Notes: generated by a model from the letters alone, not told the origin. A stretch of 64,000 nt of DNA from Limisphaerales bacterium (GCA_965283655.1 CBDIPJ010000015.1:39339-103338), one strand, 5' to 3'; numbered from the stretch's first letter, positions 45,809-55,999 are shown. A program made the numbers and translations.

Positions 45809-47011
45809 TCAGCGGGACGAGGGCGCGTTGGTGGTCGACTGGAGGACGACGGCGCGTCCCTGAACCAGCCCGGCAGGCGCGCGGATCACCGATTCGCCTC
45901 CCTTCAATCCGGTGGTGATCTCGATCCATCCGGCGCCGCGGTCCCCGGTGGTGACGCGCCGTTCCACGGCCTTGCCGCCCTCAAACAGGAAGACCTTCTC
46001 CACACCGGCGAAGGTCTGGAGCGCGTCGGCCGGCACGGTCACGGCGGTTTGTGCGGGATCGACGACGATCTCGCTGCGAACGAATGCCCCGGGTCGCAAC
46101 GCACCATTGGCGGGGACGTCGGCTTCCACGACCAGCATGCGGCTGGCTTCGAGCAGCGTGGGGCTCAGGCGCCGGAGGGTCCCGTGATAGACGTTGGTGT
46201 CGCCGGTCAGGCGGAGGCGGACGGGTTGGCCTGCGGCGACCCGGGGAGCGTCGCGTTCGGGAATTTCCAGTCGCAGACGGAGTGGGTCGGCCTGGACGAG
46301 GGTGAAGATCGGAGCGCCGAGTTCAATGTGTTGGCCCAGGTTGGCCAAACGTTCCGAGACAACGCCGTCGAAGGGAGCCGTGATGCGGGTGTCGGCGAGC
46401 TGTTTGCGGGCGAGTTCGTATTCGGCCCGGCGCTGTCGCAGGACCGCGGCGCGGGTCCGGGCTTCCTCCAGGGCGTCGGCGTGGCGGCTCTGGGCGACGG
46501 TGAAGGCTGCGTTCGCGGATTCGAGATCGGAGGCGGAGGCGATTCCCTGGCGGTTGAGTTGGCTGATGCGTTCGCGGTCGCCGGCAGCCTGTGCGAGCAC
46601 GGCCTGGGCCTCCTTCACGAGGCTGGTGTCGTCGAGGGAGACCAGGTCGTCGTCGCCGTCGAGGGGCAAGCCGAGGCGGGCGCGGGCCTGGCCCAGGAGT
46701 GCGCGTGATTGCTGGACGCGGAGTTCGAAGTCGCGGGGTTCCAGTTCGGCGAGGAGTTGACCGGCGAGGACGCGGGATCCGAGGTCGGCGGGGAGGCTTT
46801 GGATGCGGCCGGCGACGCGTGCGCTGACCGGGGTTTGTTCCTTGGCGAGGAGGGATCCGGAAATGGTGAGGAAACGTTCGACCGGCCGTTGGGTGGCTTG
46901 GGCGAGCGTGACGGGGATGGGTGGAGGCGTGGGCTGGGAGACTGGTTCGCGACGGGAGCAGGCGCCCGCGAGAGCGAGGAGAGCGGCGGCGAATATACGT
47001 ACGCGTACCAT
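45809..47011 (-). CDS. Efflux RND transporter periplasmic adaptor subunit
   Basis: Lipoprotein-like MVRVRIFAAALLALAGACS, a coiled-coil hairpin region and a beta-barrel domain, directly upstream of the RND permease. I prefer the Met at 47011. Confidence 0.88.
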   Translation of the reverse strand: MVRVRIFAAALLALAGACSRREPVSQPTPPPIPVTLAQATQRPVERFLTISGSLLAKEQTPVSARVAGRIQSLPADLGSRVLAGQLLAELEPRDFELRVQQSRALLGQARARLGLPLDGDDDLVSLDDTSLVKEAQAVLAQAAGDRERISQLNRQGIASASDLESANAAFTVAQSRHADALEEARTRAAVLRQRRAEYELARKQLADTRITAPFDGVVSERLANLGQHIELGAPIFTLVQADPLRLRLEIPERDAPRVAAGQPVRLRLTGDTNVYHGTLRRLSPTLLEASRMLVVEADVPANGALRPGAFVRSEIVVDPAQTAVTVPADALQTFAGVEKVFLFEGGKAVERRVTTGDRGAGWIEITTGLKGGESVIRAPAGLVQGRAVVLQSTTNAPSSR

Positions 47012-47106
47012 CGGGAGCTGAAAGCTTCGCACGGGCCCTACGGTCTGGGGAAAAGAAAAATCAGGGCCAGATCGCCATCGGCGCGCCCATTGGAACCGCA
47101 CCGACT

Positions 47107-47208
47107 GGAACGGGGTGGCGACGTCCTCGTCGCCGGGCCAACACCCAGGCCATGGCGATGAGGACATCGCCGCCCCGTTTCATGCGGGGGCAGGGTCAAG
47201 CTGCACCC
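47107..47208. repeat. Family B element (inverted) plus a GGGGCAGGGTCAAGCTGCACCC module overlapping the gltX stop
   Basis: GGAACGGGGTGGCGACGTCCTCGTCGCC ... GGCGATGAGGACATCGCCGCCCCGTTTC. Confidence 0.85.
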
Positions 47209-48557
47209 ATCGCCCGGCGGAACCGGGCCAGCGTGCGCTCCCGTCCCAGCACCTCCATCAGGTGATACAGGCTCGGTCCCACCAGGCGGCCGGTGCAGGC
47301 CACCCGTGCCGGTTGGGTCAGTGCGCCCGCCTTCACACCTGATGCGGCAGCGACCGCCTTGAGGCCGGCCTCAAGGGCAGCCGTGGTGAAGCCATCGGCA
47401 GGCAGGGCTTCGTACGCGGCCAGGAGTTTTCCCAACTGCTCGCGCTGGGGAGTTCCGAGGGCTTTCGCAGCCGCCTCGGGTTCGTACGTGATGGAGTCGT
47501 CCGCGGCGAAGTAGAAGTCCACGAACGGGGCCAGGTCCTTGAACAGGCGACCCTTGTCGCGGGCGGTTTCAAGGGCGGCGGCCACGTAGGCCGGCGGGAA
47601 CGCGTTCGTGTTGATCCCGGCCTTGGCGAGATGTTCGACCCCGAGGCGGACGAAGGCGTCGGGAGCCATGCGCCGGGTATGCTCGAAATGCAGGGCTTCG
47701 AGCTTCTTGTCATCGAAGCGGGCGGCACTGCGGTTGACGCGGTCCAGATCGAAACGCTGGATGAGATCGGCAACGGTCAGGAGTTCCTGTCCGTCGCTGG
47801 GTGACCACCCGAGGAGGGAGAGGTAGTTGACGACGGCGTCGGGGTTGAATCCGTCGTCGATGTAATTGGTGACGATGGCGCCCCGGTCGCGCTTGCTCAT
47901 CTTGGTGCCATCCGGATTCAGGATGAGGGGCATGTGGGCGTAGCGCGGTGCGGCGACGCCGAAGGCATTGAACAGGGCGATGTGCTTGGCGGTGTTGGAC
48001 AGGTGGTCCTCGCCGCGGATGACGTGGGAGATGCCCATCTCGAGGTCGTCGATGACGTTGACGAGGTGGAACACGGGTTGGCCATCGCTGCGGACGATGA
48101 CCCAGTCGGGATCTTCCTGCTCGCGGTCGGTGAGTTCGCGGCGCACGTCGCCGACGATCATGTCGGGGATCACCACGGCTTCGCGGGTCATGCGGAAGAA
48201 GACGGCGCCGTCGCGATCGTAGGCCATGCCGCGATCGCGGAGTTCGGCGATGCGACGGTGGTAGAGATCGTTGCGCTGGGATTGGAAGTAGGGGCCGCGG
48301 TCGCCGATGGAAGGTCCCTTGGGATCCGGGGTGGCCGGACCCTCGTCCCAGTCGAGACCGAGCCAGCGCATGCCCTGGAGGATGACGTTGATGGCGGCCT
48401 GGGAGTTGCGGGCGGTGTCGGTGTCTTCGATGCGCAGGATGAAGGCGCCCCCGTGGTGGCGGGCGAAGAGCCAGTTGAAGAGCGCCGTGCGGGCGCCTCC
48501 GATGTGGAGGTAACCCGTCGGTGAAGGCGCGAATCGGACACGAACCGGAGTCGACAT
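47196..48557 (-). CDS. gltX: Glutamate--tRNA ligase
   Basis: VRVRFAPSPTGYLHIGGARTALFNWLFARHHGG (HIGH region), ILRIEDTD and KMSKR. Confidence 0.95.
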   Translation of the reverse strand: MSTPVRVRFAPSPTGYLHIGGARTALFNWLFARHHGGAFILRIEDTDTARNSQAAINVILQGMRWLGLDWDEGPATPDPKGPSIGDRGPYFQSQRNDLYHRRIAELRDRGMAYDRDGAVFFRMTREAVVIPDMIVGDVRRELTDREQEDPDWVIVRSDGQPVFHLVNVIDDLEMGISHVIRGEDHLSNTAKHIALFNAFGVAAPRYAHMPLILNPDGTKMSKRDRGAIVTNYIDDGFNPDAVVNYLSLLGWSPSDGQELLTVADLIQRFDLDRVNRSAARFDDKKLEALHFEHTRRMAPDAFVRLGVEHLAKAGINTNAFPPAYVAAALETARDKGRLFKDLAPFVDFYFAADDSITYEPEAAAKALGTPQREQLGKLLAAYEALPADGFTTAALEAGLKAVAAASGVKAGALTQPARVACTGRLVGPSLYHLMEVLGRERTLARFRRAMGAA

Positions 48558-48617
48558 GAGGCGCGGAGGTTAGGAGCGGGGCCGGGGGTGAAGCCCGAAA
48601 ACCGGGGGCCCGCTTCC

Positions 48618-50324
48618 TTACTTCCGGTCCACGGACAACTCGATGATCCGACCCGAAGGCGCGAAGGAATCGGTGCTGTTGGTGGCGCGGGAATACTCCG
48701 CGATGAGCACCTTCCCGGGGCCCGCCAGGTGCAGGTCGATCGGGCGTCCCAGGGCTGCGAGGACCGTGTGGATGTGTGCTTCGTATCGGCCCTGTGGGTT
48801 CTTTTGCAGCGTTGCGCGGAGGACGTCGAAACCGGAGTTCGCCTTGGGAGTCTGGATGAAGTTTCCGAAGCGCGTCATGAGGAGCGTGCCGCGGTATCCC
48901 TCGGGGAAGCTGTCGTCGAGGAAGACGATGCCGCCCGGGCCCGAGTGGGGGTCGAAGGTGTACATGGGGCTTCCCGAGAACCCGCCGTCGGGTCCCAGGT
49001 TGGCGACAGGTAGGGTGAACTCGACCCCGGCCGGAGGTTCGGGTGAGGTTGGGTAGGCTTTCCGGGTCCAGTCAGCGAAGCGGTATGGGAAGCCGTAATG
49101 GCGTCCGCGTTCGATGTGGTTGAGTTCCTCCGGGGCGTCGGCATCGGGGCCGTTCTCGGTGGCGAACATTTCGCCGCGGTTGTTCCAGCAGAAGCCATAG
49201 GCGTTGCGGATGCCGTGGGCGTAGACCTCCATGGTGGGCGGTTCAACGGCGGGGTTGATCCGCCAGATGCAGCCCGTGATGGGGGTCTCGCCGCCGCCGT
49301 ACCATTCGCCTCCGGTGCTGGTGAGCCCGCCGTCCGTGCGCCCGCCATTGCCGGCGTAGAGGAAACCGTCGGGACCAAAGGCGATGTGTTCGACGGCGTG
49401 GATGTAGGCAGGGCTGCCGGGATAGTTGGTCTGGAACCAGGGCTTCAGCGCGGCGGGGTCGCCGTTGAGCACGCTGGTGCTGCGGTAGAGGGTGACGATG
49501 TTCTGCGGCGGGAGGTTGGACCGGTTCTGCTGGTTTGACGCGACGTAGAGTCGGTTCTGGGCGTCGAGGGTCATGCCGAGGACGAACAGCGGGCCGCCGA
49601 TGTCACCGGGCCGGCGTTCGAGGTAGCTGTTGGCGGAGAAAAGCACGCGCAGGCTGCTGGTGGCGGGGTCGAATCGCCAGACGTCGCCACCTTCCGTCAG
49701 GATGTAGAGGGGGCCGCCCTTGCCATTGCTGATCATGCGGACCGGCTTGAACGGAAGCCGGACCAGTTCACGTACGCGGAACCCTTCCGGGGCTGCGGGA
49801 AGAGGCGGGTATTGGTTGGCGAGTTGGAGTTTCTCGAAGGTCGGGTAGGCGGTCTTGGCGCGCTGGGTCCGGACCTGTTCGGCGGTGACGACGGTTCCAG
49901 GATTTCCCCAACTCCCGAGGACGTACGTCAGGACAGCGGCCACATCGGCGTCATTCAGGATCGCGGGAGGCATGACGCTGGCGTAACGCCGACCGTTGAC
50001 GGTGATCTCGCCTGCCAGTCCCTCGCAGAGGACACGGATGCTGCGGTCGATGTCGTTGGTCAGGTAATCGGACTTGGCCAGGGGCGGGAACACCCCGGGG
50101 ATTCCCTGACCGTTCATCTGATGGCAGGCGAAGCAGTTCTTCAGGTAGATCTCCCGGCCGCGGCGAGCGTCGTCGTTGGGGGTGGACTCGGCCGCGTTCA
50201 GGCCTGTGGCCAGGGCGAATGCGCCCAACAGGAGGGTGAACCAACGGCACGCGGCGAGGGAGTTGGGCCGGTGGTGGCGAGCAAGGCCCGCCGTGGTGGT
50301 CGTGAAGAACGCCAGTAAGTTCAT
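48618..50324 (-). CDS. Cytochrome c-fused PQQ-dependent sugar (glucose/sorbosone-type) dehydrogenase
   Basis: N-terminal class I heme motif CFACHQ...SVMP, followed by a beta-propeller region with GIRNAYGF and HYGFPY-type motifs. Confidence 0.75.
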   Translation of the reverse strand: MNLLAFFTTTTAGLARHHRPNSLAACRWFTLLLGAFALATGLNAAESTPNDDARRGREIYLKNCFACHQMNGQGIPGVFPPLAKSDYLTNDIDRSIRVLCEGLAGEITVNGRRYASVMPPAILNDADVAAVLTYVLGSWGNPGTVVTAEQVRTQRAKTAYPTFEKLQLANQYPPLPAAPEGFRVRELVRLPFKPVRMISNGKGGPLYILTEGGDVWRFDPATSSLRVLFSANSYLERRPGDIGGPLFVLGMTLDAQNRLYVASNQQNRSNLPPQNIVTLYRSTSVLNGDPAALKPWFQTNYPGSPAYIHAVEHIAFGPDGFLYAGNGGRTDGGLTSTGGEWYGGGETPITGCIWRINPAVEPPTMEVYAHGIRNAYGFCWNNRGEMFATENGPDADAPEELNHIERGRHYGFPYRFADWTRKAYPTSPEPPAGVEFTLPVANLGPDGGFSGSPMYTFDPHSGPGGIVFLDDSFPEGYRGTLLMTRFGNFIQTPKANSGFDVLRATLQKNPQGRYEAHIHTVLAALGRPIDLHLAGPGKVLIAEYSRATNSTDSFAPSGRIIELSVDRK

Positions 50325-50430
50325 GGAGAGCCGTCCCCGTTCCCACAGGGGAGGGGACGTTCGCGAAAGAGTTCCATGGATTGTCCGGGCGCCAACGAAA
50401 ATCTTGAATCGATGGGTGGTGCCTCGACCC

Positions 50431-50650
50431 CAGCCTCCTGACGTCGACTGCTACGATGGGGGTGGCTGACGAGGTCACGAGGCAGTGGTTGGACCCAGCC
50501 TCCTGACGTCGACTGCTACGATGGGGGTGGCTGACGAGGTCACGAGGCAGTGGTTGGACCCAGCCTCCTGACGTCGACTGCTACGATGGGGGGTGGCTGA
50601 GGAGGTCACGAGGCAGTGGTTGGACCCAGCCTCCTGACGTCGACTGCTAC
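50431..50650. repeat. Tandem array of family A hairpins, 3 units of 65-66 bp plus a terminal P
   Basis: P (CAGCCTCCTGACGTCGACTGCTAC) starts at 50431, 50496, 50561 and 50627. The partners are GTGGCTGACGAGGTCACGAGGCAG. Confidence 0.95.
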
Positions 50651-50940
50651 GATGGGGGGCTTGGGTGTTGAAAATGGGGCCGACGATGGAGGAGTTGGTG
50701 TTCTGGATTGGTCGGGGTGAGCAAAAGAAGCCGGCAAAATCGCATGACAACCCGCGTTGCGGGGTGGTGAGCGGTGGATTCAGGAAGGGCTGCAGTGGTG
50801 GTCTGTGGAGGGTGAGGTGAACGGATTGTTGGGAAAACTGCGCCTTGGCAACCCGTGGGCATTGAAACCCCGGGATGAATCACGGAGAGGCCGTCCTGTG
50901 GCACGCAGGTTGCATTCATCAAATTCATTCAGGCCTTTCA

Positions 50941-52794
50941 ATGATGGAACCTTCTGCAAGTGCGCCCACATCGCCCGTCCTCGATCTGTTGCGGCAATTG
51001 TACGAGTCGTTGTTGAGCGTGGATGACGGCGCGGTGGCGACTTACATCCCCGAGTTGGCAAAGGCGGATCCGAACGGGTTCGGCATCTGCCTGGTGACGG
51101 CCAATGGCACGATCTACGAGGTGGGTGATTCGCAGTTGCCGTTCACGATCCAGTCGATTTCGAAGCCCTTCGTGTACGGGTTGGCGCTGGAGGACAACGG
51201 GCGGGCGCCGGTGCTGGAAAAGGTGGGGGTGGAGCCGACGGGTGACGCGTTCAACTCCATCAGCCTGGAACCGGAAACCGGGCGGCCGCGGAACCCAATG
51301 ATCAACGCAGGCGCGATTGCGGCGGCGGGATTGATTGGGGGAAAGAGTCAGGCGGGGCGCTTGAAACGGGTCATTGAAATGTTGTCCACCTACGCCGGGC
51401 GACCGCTGGAACTCGACGAGGCGGTGTACCGCTCGGAAAGCGAGACGGGCCACCGGAACCGGGCGATCGGGCACATGCTGCGGAACTACAATGTGCTGGA
51501 AGGGGACCCGATGGAGGCGGTGGACCTGTACTTCAAGCAATGCTCGGTGTCCGTGACGTGTCGGGACCTGGGGATCATGGCGGCGACGTTGGCGAATCGC
51601 GGAGTGAATCCCGTGACCGGGAAGGTGGCGTTGCGCGGGGAGTACGTGGAGAACGTACTGAGCGTGATGGCCTCCTGCGGCATGTACAACTCGGCGGGTG
51701 ACTGGATCTACCGGGTGGGAATACCGGCGAAGAGCGGGGTGGCGGGCGGGGTGATCGCGGTGCTGCCCGGGCAGATCGGGATCGGAGTTTATTCGCCGCG
51801 GTTGGATGCGCGGGGGAACAGCGTGCGCGGTATCCTTGCGTGCGATGAGTTGTCCCGGCACTGGGACCTTCACCTTTTCAACCGGCCGGCGGCCGGGAAG
51901 TCAACGATCCGGAGGCAGTTCACCGGCGCCGAGTTGAATTCGAGCCGGGTCCGGACAGCAGAGGAAATATCCGCGCTGCGGACCGCGGGATCGACGATCC
52001 GGGTCTACCAGTTGCAGGGGCACCTGACGTTTTCGACGACCGAGGTGGTGGTCGAGGACATCATCCAACGGTTTGGCGAGATCCAGCAGTTGGTGGTGGA
52101 TCTGCGCCGGGTGCTGACCTTGAACGAGGGGGCGTGCCGGTTGTTCTGGAATCTGGTGTGCAAGTTGGGCGAGGGCGGCAAGCGCACGCTGTTCACCCAT
52201 TCGGACCGGCATTCGCTGCTGCGTCGGTATTTCAAGGCAAAGCTGGGGCGCCGTTGTGATGACCTGTTCCGGAATTACGAGGACAACGATCTCGCGTTGG
52301 AAGCCTGCGAGAACCGGTTGCTGGCGGAACTCCTGCCGGGGCGGCGGATCGACCATCGGGTGGCTGTTGCCGAGTTTGAACTGTGCGCGGGTCTGGCACC
52401 GGACGAGATCGAGGCGTTGGCGTCGTGCCTCGTGCGGCGGGATTTCCGGCCGGGTGACACGATCATTTCCGTGGGGGAACGCGCGGAGGAACTCTTTTTC
52501 CTGGCCCGGGGCACCGTGAGCGTGGTCTTGCCCGTGGCCGGCGGCGGGACGCGCCGGTTGGCGACGTTCTCACCGGGGATGACGTTCGGGGAGATGGCGG
52601 TGATCGACCGGGCGCCGCGGTCGGCGACGATTCTGGCCGACACGGATGTCGAGTGCGAGATGCTGAGCCTGGAGCGGTTCGAGGGGTTGCAGCGGTCGGC
52701 TCCACGGATCTGCATCCAGTTGCTGACCAACCTGGGACGAAGCATGAGCCAGAAGCTGCGCAAGGCGAACCGCGAGTTGGCAGTGCTGGAGTGA
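50941..52794 (+). CDS. glsA: Glutaminase A fused to STAS-like and cyclic-nucleotide-binding domains
   Basis: Glutaminase motifs FTIQSISKPFVYGLAL, NPMINAGAI and PAKSGVAGG. The C-terminal cNMP-binding domain reads FRPGDTIISVGERAEELFFLARG...FGEMAVIDRAPRSATI. Confidence 0.85.
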   Translation: MMEPSASAPTSPVLDLLRQLYESLLSVDDGAVATYIPELAKADPNGFGICLVTANGTIYEVGDSQLPFTIQSISKPFVYGLALEDNGRAPVLEKVGVEPTGDAFNSISLEPETGRPRNPMINAGAIAAAGLIGGKSQAGRLKRVIEMLSTYAGRPLELDEAVYRSESETGHRNRAIGHMLRNYNVLEGDPMEAVDLYFKQCSVSVTCRDLGIMAATLANRGVNPVTGKVALRGEYVENVLSVMASCGMYNSAGDWIYRVGIPAKSGVAGGVIAVLPGQIGIGVYSPRLDARGNSVRGILACDELSRHWDLHLFNRPAAGKSTIRRQFTGAELNSSRVRTAEEISALRTAGSTIRVYQLQGHLTFSTTEVVVEDIIQRFGEIQQLVVDLRRVLTLNEGACRLFWNLVCKLGEGGKRTLFTHSDRHSLLRRYFKAKLGRRCDDLFRNYEDNDLALEACENRLLAELLPGRRIDHRVAVAEFELCAGLAPDEIEALASCLVRRDFRPGDTIISVGERAEELFFLARGTVSVVLPVAGGGTRRLATFSPGMTFGEMAVIDRAPRSATILADTDVECEMLSLERFEGLQRSAPRICIQLLTNLGRSMSQKLRKANRELAVLE

Positions 52795-52826
52795 CGCGGG
52801 GCGCCCGGTTGTGCAGGATCCCGGGA

Positions 52827-53528
52827 ATGTTGACGGGCACACGGGTTCAGGCGCAGGAGACGGGGGCTAAGCCACTGCTGGTGGTCTTGCACGGGTTGGG
52901 TGATTCGTCGGAAGGCTGGGAATGGCTTCCGGGCGAGCTTCAGTTGCCGTGGTTGAACTACCATCTGCTCAACGCACCCGATGAGTACTTCAGCGGACGC
53001 AGTTGGTTCGGGATCCGTTTTCCGATGGACGGTCGCGTGGATGGGACGCTGCCACCGGTGGATGGGGCAGCGATTGACCGGTCCCGGAAGCTGCTCTGGG
53101 ATTTGCTGGAATCGGAGTTGGCGGGTGGACGGGCGCCGGGAGACATCGCGGTGTTGGGGTTCTCCCAGGGCTGCCTGATGACGCTGGAGTCGGGATTGCG
53201 ATTCCGGCTGCCGCTGGCGGGTCTGGTGGCGATCAGCGGGTGGGTGCACGACCCGGCGCGCTTGGCAGTCGAGGCCCCGGCGCATGCCCGGCAGGTGCCG
53301 GTGCTGATGACGCATGGGACTCTGGATCCGTTGCTGGGGATCGAGCATGTGCGTCCGCAGGCGGCCGCATTGAAGACAGCGCGCTTTGATCTGGCGTGGC
53401 AGGAGTTCGACAAGGAGCACACGGTGGCGGGCCGGGCCGAGGTGCAGTTCATCGCACGCTTCCTCGAACAGGCGTTCGGGCGTCCGGTGGCGCGTCGTCG
53501 GGGGAGCGCTGGGACGGCCGTGGAGTAG
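52827..53528 (+). CDS. Phospholipase/carboxylesterase-family alpha/beta hydrolase
   Basis: LLVVLHGLGDS, the nucleophile elbow GFSQGC, and the distal THGTLDP and H. Confidence 0.8.
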   Translation: MLTGTRVQAQETGAKPLLVVLHGLGDSSEGWEWLPGELQLPWLNYHLLNAPDEYFSGRSWFGIRFPMDGRVDGTLPPVDGAAIDRSRKLLWDLLESELAGGRAPGDIAVLGFSQGCLMTLESGLRFRLPLAGLVAISGWVHDPARLAVEAPAHARQVPVLMTHGTLDPLLGIEHVRPQAAALKTARFDLAWQEFDKEHTVAGRAEVQFIARFLEQAFGRPVARRRGSAGTAVE

Positions 53529-53600
53529 GGCCAAAACCACTTTTGACAGGGAGCGGCGCGACCGCTTGATTCGGCGGGCCCACTTGAGAATGCACCGTTC

Positions 53601-55775
53601 ATGAACCGACAACAGTCCCGCGCCCTGCGCGGATGGTGGCTCCCGATCCTGCTGGGGGCCTTGTTTTGCTTTTCCGCCACCGCTCAGTCCGTCTCCGGCG
53701 TCGGTCGCATCAATCCGCCGGCATCCGGCGTGAATCTCAAGCGGGTCCGTCCGGGAGACTGGGTTGCCATTGATGGCAGCGGGTTGACGGCGGTGCGGCA
53801 GGTCCGCTTTGGGCTGGCGACGGCGACCTTTACCGGGAACGCAAACCGCTTGGTGGCGGTCGTGCCACCCGGCGCCACCATCGGGCCGCTTTCCTTGTCG
53901 GATTCCTTCGGGGACTTCTTCTCCACGAGCTTCAACTTCCAGGTTTCGCCACGGATCTCCGCCTTCCAGCGGAGTTTCCCGGGGCCGACGTCACCGGCGG
54001 ACGCCATCCGGGGTGTTCCGGGCAACACGGTACGGATCGATGGGGAGAATTTTGTGGATCCGTCCGATCCGGGTTTCACGTCGGTTGTTTACTTCCCGTC
54101 GAGCGCGGGTGGGTACGTGATGGCAACGTCGGAGTTGGTGGCCACGGCGACCATGCAGGTGAAGGTGCCGGCAACGGCCGTATCGGGTCCGTTGGTGGTG
54201 GTCAATCCGGCAGGAGACGCGACGACTGCGGGGGCGTTCTATCTCCAGCCGATCGTGCAATCGATGCAGCCGGCGCGGGCGAAGATCGGCGACACGGTGA
54301 CCTTGCGGGGGACGAGCCTGCTGGGAGCGACGATGGTTTCGTTCGGGGGCATTCCGGTGGTGCCGAGCGAGGTGACGCCCACGAACGTGACGGCGGTGGT
54401 GCCGACGCTGACGCAGTCGGTGACGCTTTCGGTGACGACGCCGGGCGGGACGTTCCTGATGCCGACCGCGTTGATCCTATTGCCGCGGATCACCGGGTTC
54501 ACGCCGGCGGGCGGTGCCGCCGGGAGTGTGGTCACGTTGAATGGCGACGGGTTGAGTGGAACGACGGGGGTGTGGTTTGGAAACGTGGCGGCGACGCGGT
54601 TGACGAATGTCTCGCCGACGCGTGTGACAGCGGTGGTGCCCTCCGGAGCGCCCGTTGCGCCCATCACGCTCACCACGGGGAACGGGACCAACACGACCGC
54701 CACGCCGTTCTTCGCGGTGCCCTCGGTGACAGAAATCGCTCCTGCGCAGGCGAAGCCAGGCGCGACCATCACGATCACCGGTTTGAACTACAGCAACGTT
54801 TCCCGGGTCCGGTTTGCGGGGGGAGTGGAGGCTTTGTTCACCGTTGAATCGCCCACCACGATCTCGGCCACGGTGCCCTTGGGTGCGGTGAGTGGCCCGA
54901 TCCTGATCACCAACCCTGGCGGCGACTCCAGTGGTGGCCGGACGTTCACGGTCCAGTCGGTTTCACCGGTGGTGCTGGGGACGGTTCCGTCCTCGGGTGC
55001 GCCCGGGACCTCGGTTCGCATCGTGGGGGACAATCTTTCCGGAACAACGGGTGTCCGGTTCAATGGGGTTTCCGTGCCGAACTTCACGGTGTTGGGTGAG
55101 ACCAACATCGTTACGGTGGTGCCCGTTGGCGCGACCAGCGGCCGGGTGCTGGTGCTGACCGCGAACGGAAGCGTGCAATCTCCGGCGAACTTCCTGGTGG
55201 GGGTGGACGCTGACCTGCGGGTGGTCGGTCAGGTTCAGCCGGTGGTTCCGTTCGCTGGCGGCGAAGCGGAAGTTTCCTTTGTGGTGCAGAACCTGGGGCC
55301 GTTGAATGCGGCGAACGTCGGCCTCACGGTTTCGCTTCCGGGAACAACAGTCCTGGAAACCACGACCAGCCAGGGCGTTTTCGACCTTTTTGGAACGACC
55401 GTGAGCTTCACGTTTGGATCGGTCCCGGTGAACGCGTCGGTGTTGGTATCCGCAAGGGTTCGGCTTGGGGGCGGATCGCAGATCGAGGTGGTCGGGTTGG
55501 CCGAATCGGAGACGCTGGATCCCGATGTCCTGAACAATGAGGCGAAGCTCACGGTGCGGCCGGTGAGGCCGGAACTCGACGTGACCCTGCTCGCCGGCGG
55601 GAACGTGGAGTTGCGATGGCCACTGGTTGGCGCCAACTGGAAGTTGGAGCAGTCCGAGGGCGCGGCCGGTCCGTGGAGCAATGTGACCGCAACCCCCGAA
55701 GGAACGCCGACAGGCCAGCGATTGGTCCTTCCTCCCCTGGGTGGCTCCCGCGTGTTCCGGTTGCGGGTGCCCTGA
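53601..55775 (+). CDS. Secreted IPT/TIG-repeat protein with a DUF11-like C-terminal region
   Basis: Signal peptide, then about 7 repeats of the pattern P..A..G..VT(L/I).G..L.G...V.F.G. A DUF11-like segment follows (LRVVGQVQP...VSFVVQNLGP). Confidence 0.75.
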   Translation: MNRQQSRALRGWWLPILLGALFCFSATAQSVSGVGRINPPASGVNLKRVRPGDWVAIDGSGLTAVRQVRFGLATATFTGNANRLVAVVPPGATIGPLSLSDSFGDFFSTSFNFQVSPRISAFQRSFPGPTSPADAIRGVPGNTVRIDGENFVDPSDPGFTSVVYFPSSAGGYVMATSELVATATMQVKVPATAVSGPLVVVNPAGDATTAGAFYLQPIVQSMQPARAKIGDTVTLRGTSLLGATMVSFGGIPVVPSEVTPTNVTAVVPTLTQSVTLSVTTPGGTFLMPTALILLPRITGFTPAGGAAGSVVTLNGDGLSGTTGVWFGNVAATRLTNVSPTRVTAVVPSGAPVAPITLTTGNGTNTTATPFFAVPSVTEIAPAQAKPGATITITGLNYSNVSRVRFAGGVEALFTVESPTTISATVPLGAVSGPILITNPGGDSSGGRTFTVQSVSPVVLGTVPSSGAPGTSVRIVGDNLSGTTGVRFNGVSVPNFTVLGETNIVTVVPVGATSGRVLVLTANGSVQSPANFLVGVDADLRVVGQVQPVVPFAGGEAEVSFVVQNLGPLNAANVGLTVSLPGTTVLETTTSQGVFDLFGTTVSFTFGSVPVNASVLVSARVRLGGGSQIEVVGLAESETLDPDVLNNEAKLTVRPVRPELDVTLLAGGNVELRWPLVGANWKLEQSEGAAGPWSNVTATPEGTPTGQRLVLPPLGGSRVFRLRVP

Positions 55776-55798
55776 AAATGGCTTCCCGCCCAACGGGG

Positions 55799-55999
55799 CT
55801 ACCCGCGTTCCTCGTACCAGGCCATCTGGATGTTCTCGAGGACCTTCTCGTTGGAGGATTCGGGCTTGTCCTCGAAGTCCTCCAGTTCGCAGACCATCTT
55901 GTGGAGCTTGGGAAAGCTCAGCCGCAGGGGATCCTGGTCCGGGAACTTGTCCATCAGCGCCCAGGCGATCTCCTCGGAATCCTTCCATGTCAGTTTCAT
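55799..55999 (-). CDS. iscX: Fe-S cluster assembly protein IscX (YfhJ family)
   Basis: 66 aa reading MKLTWKDSEEIAWALMDKFPDQDPLRLSFPKLHKMVCELEDFEDKPESSNEKVLENIQMAWYEE. It is closely parallel to E. coli IscX as I recall it. Confidence 0.8.
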   Translation of the reverse strand: MKLTWKDSEEIAWALMDKFPDQDPLRLSFPKLHKMVCELEDFEDKPESSNEKVLENIQMAWYEERG

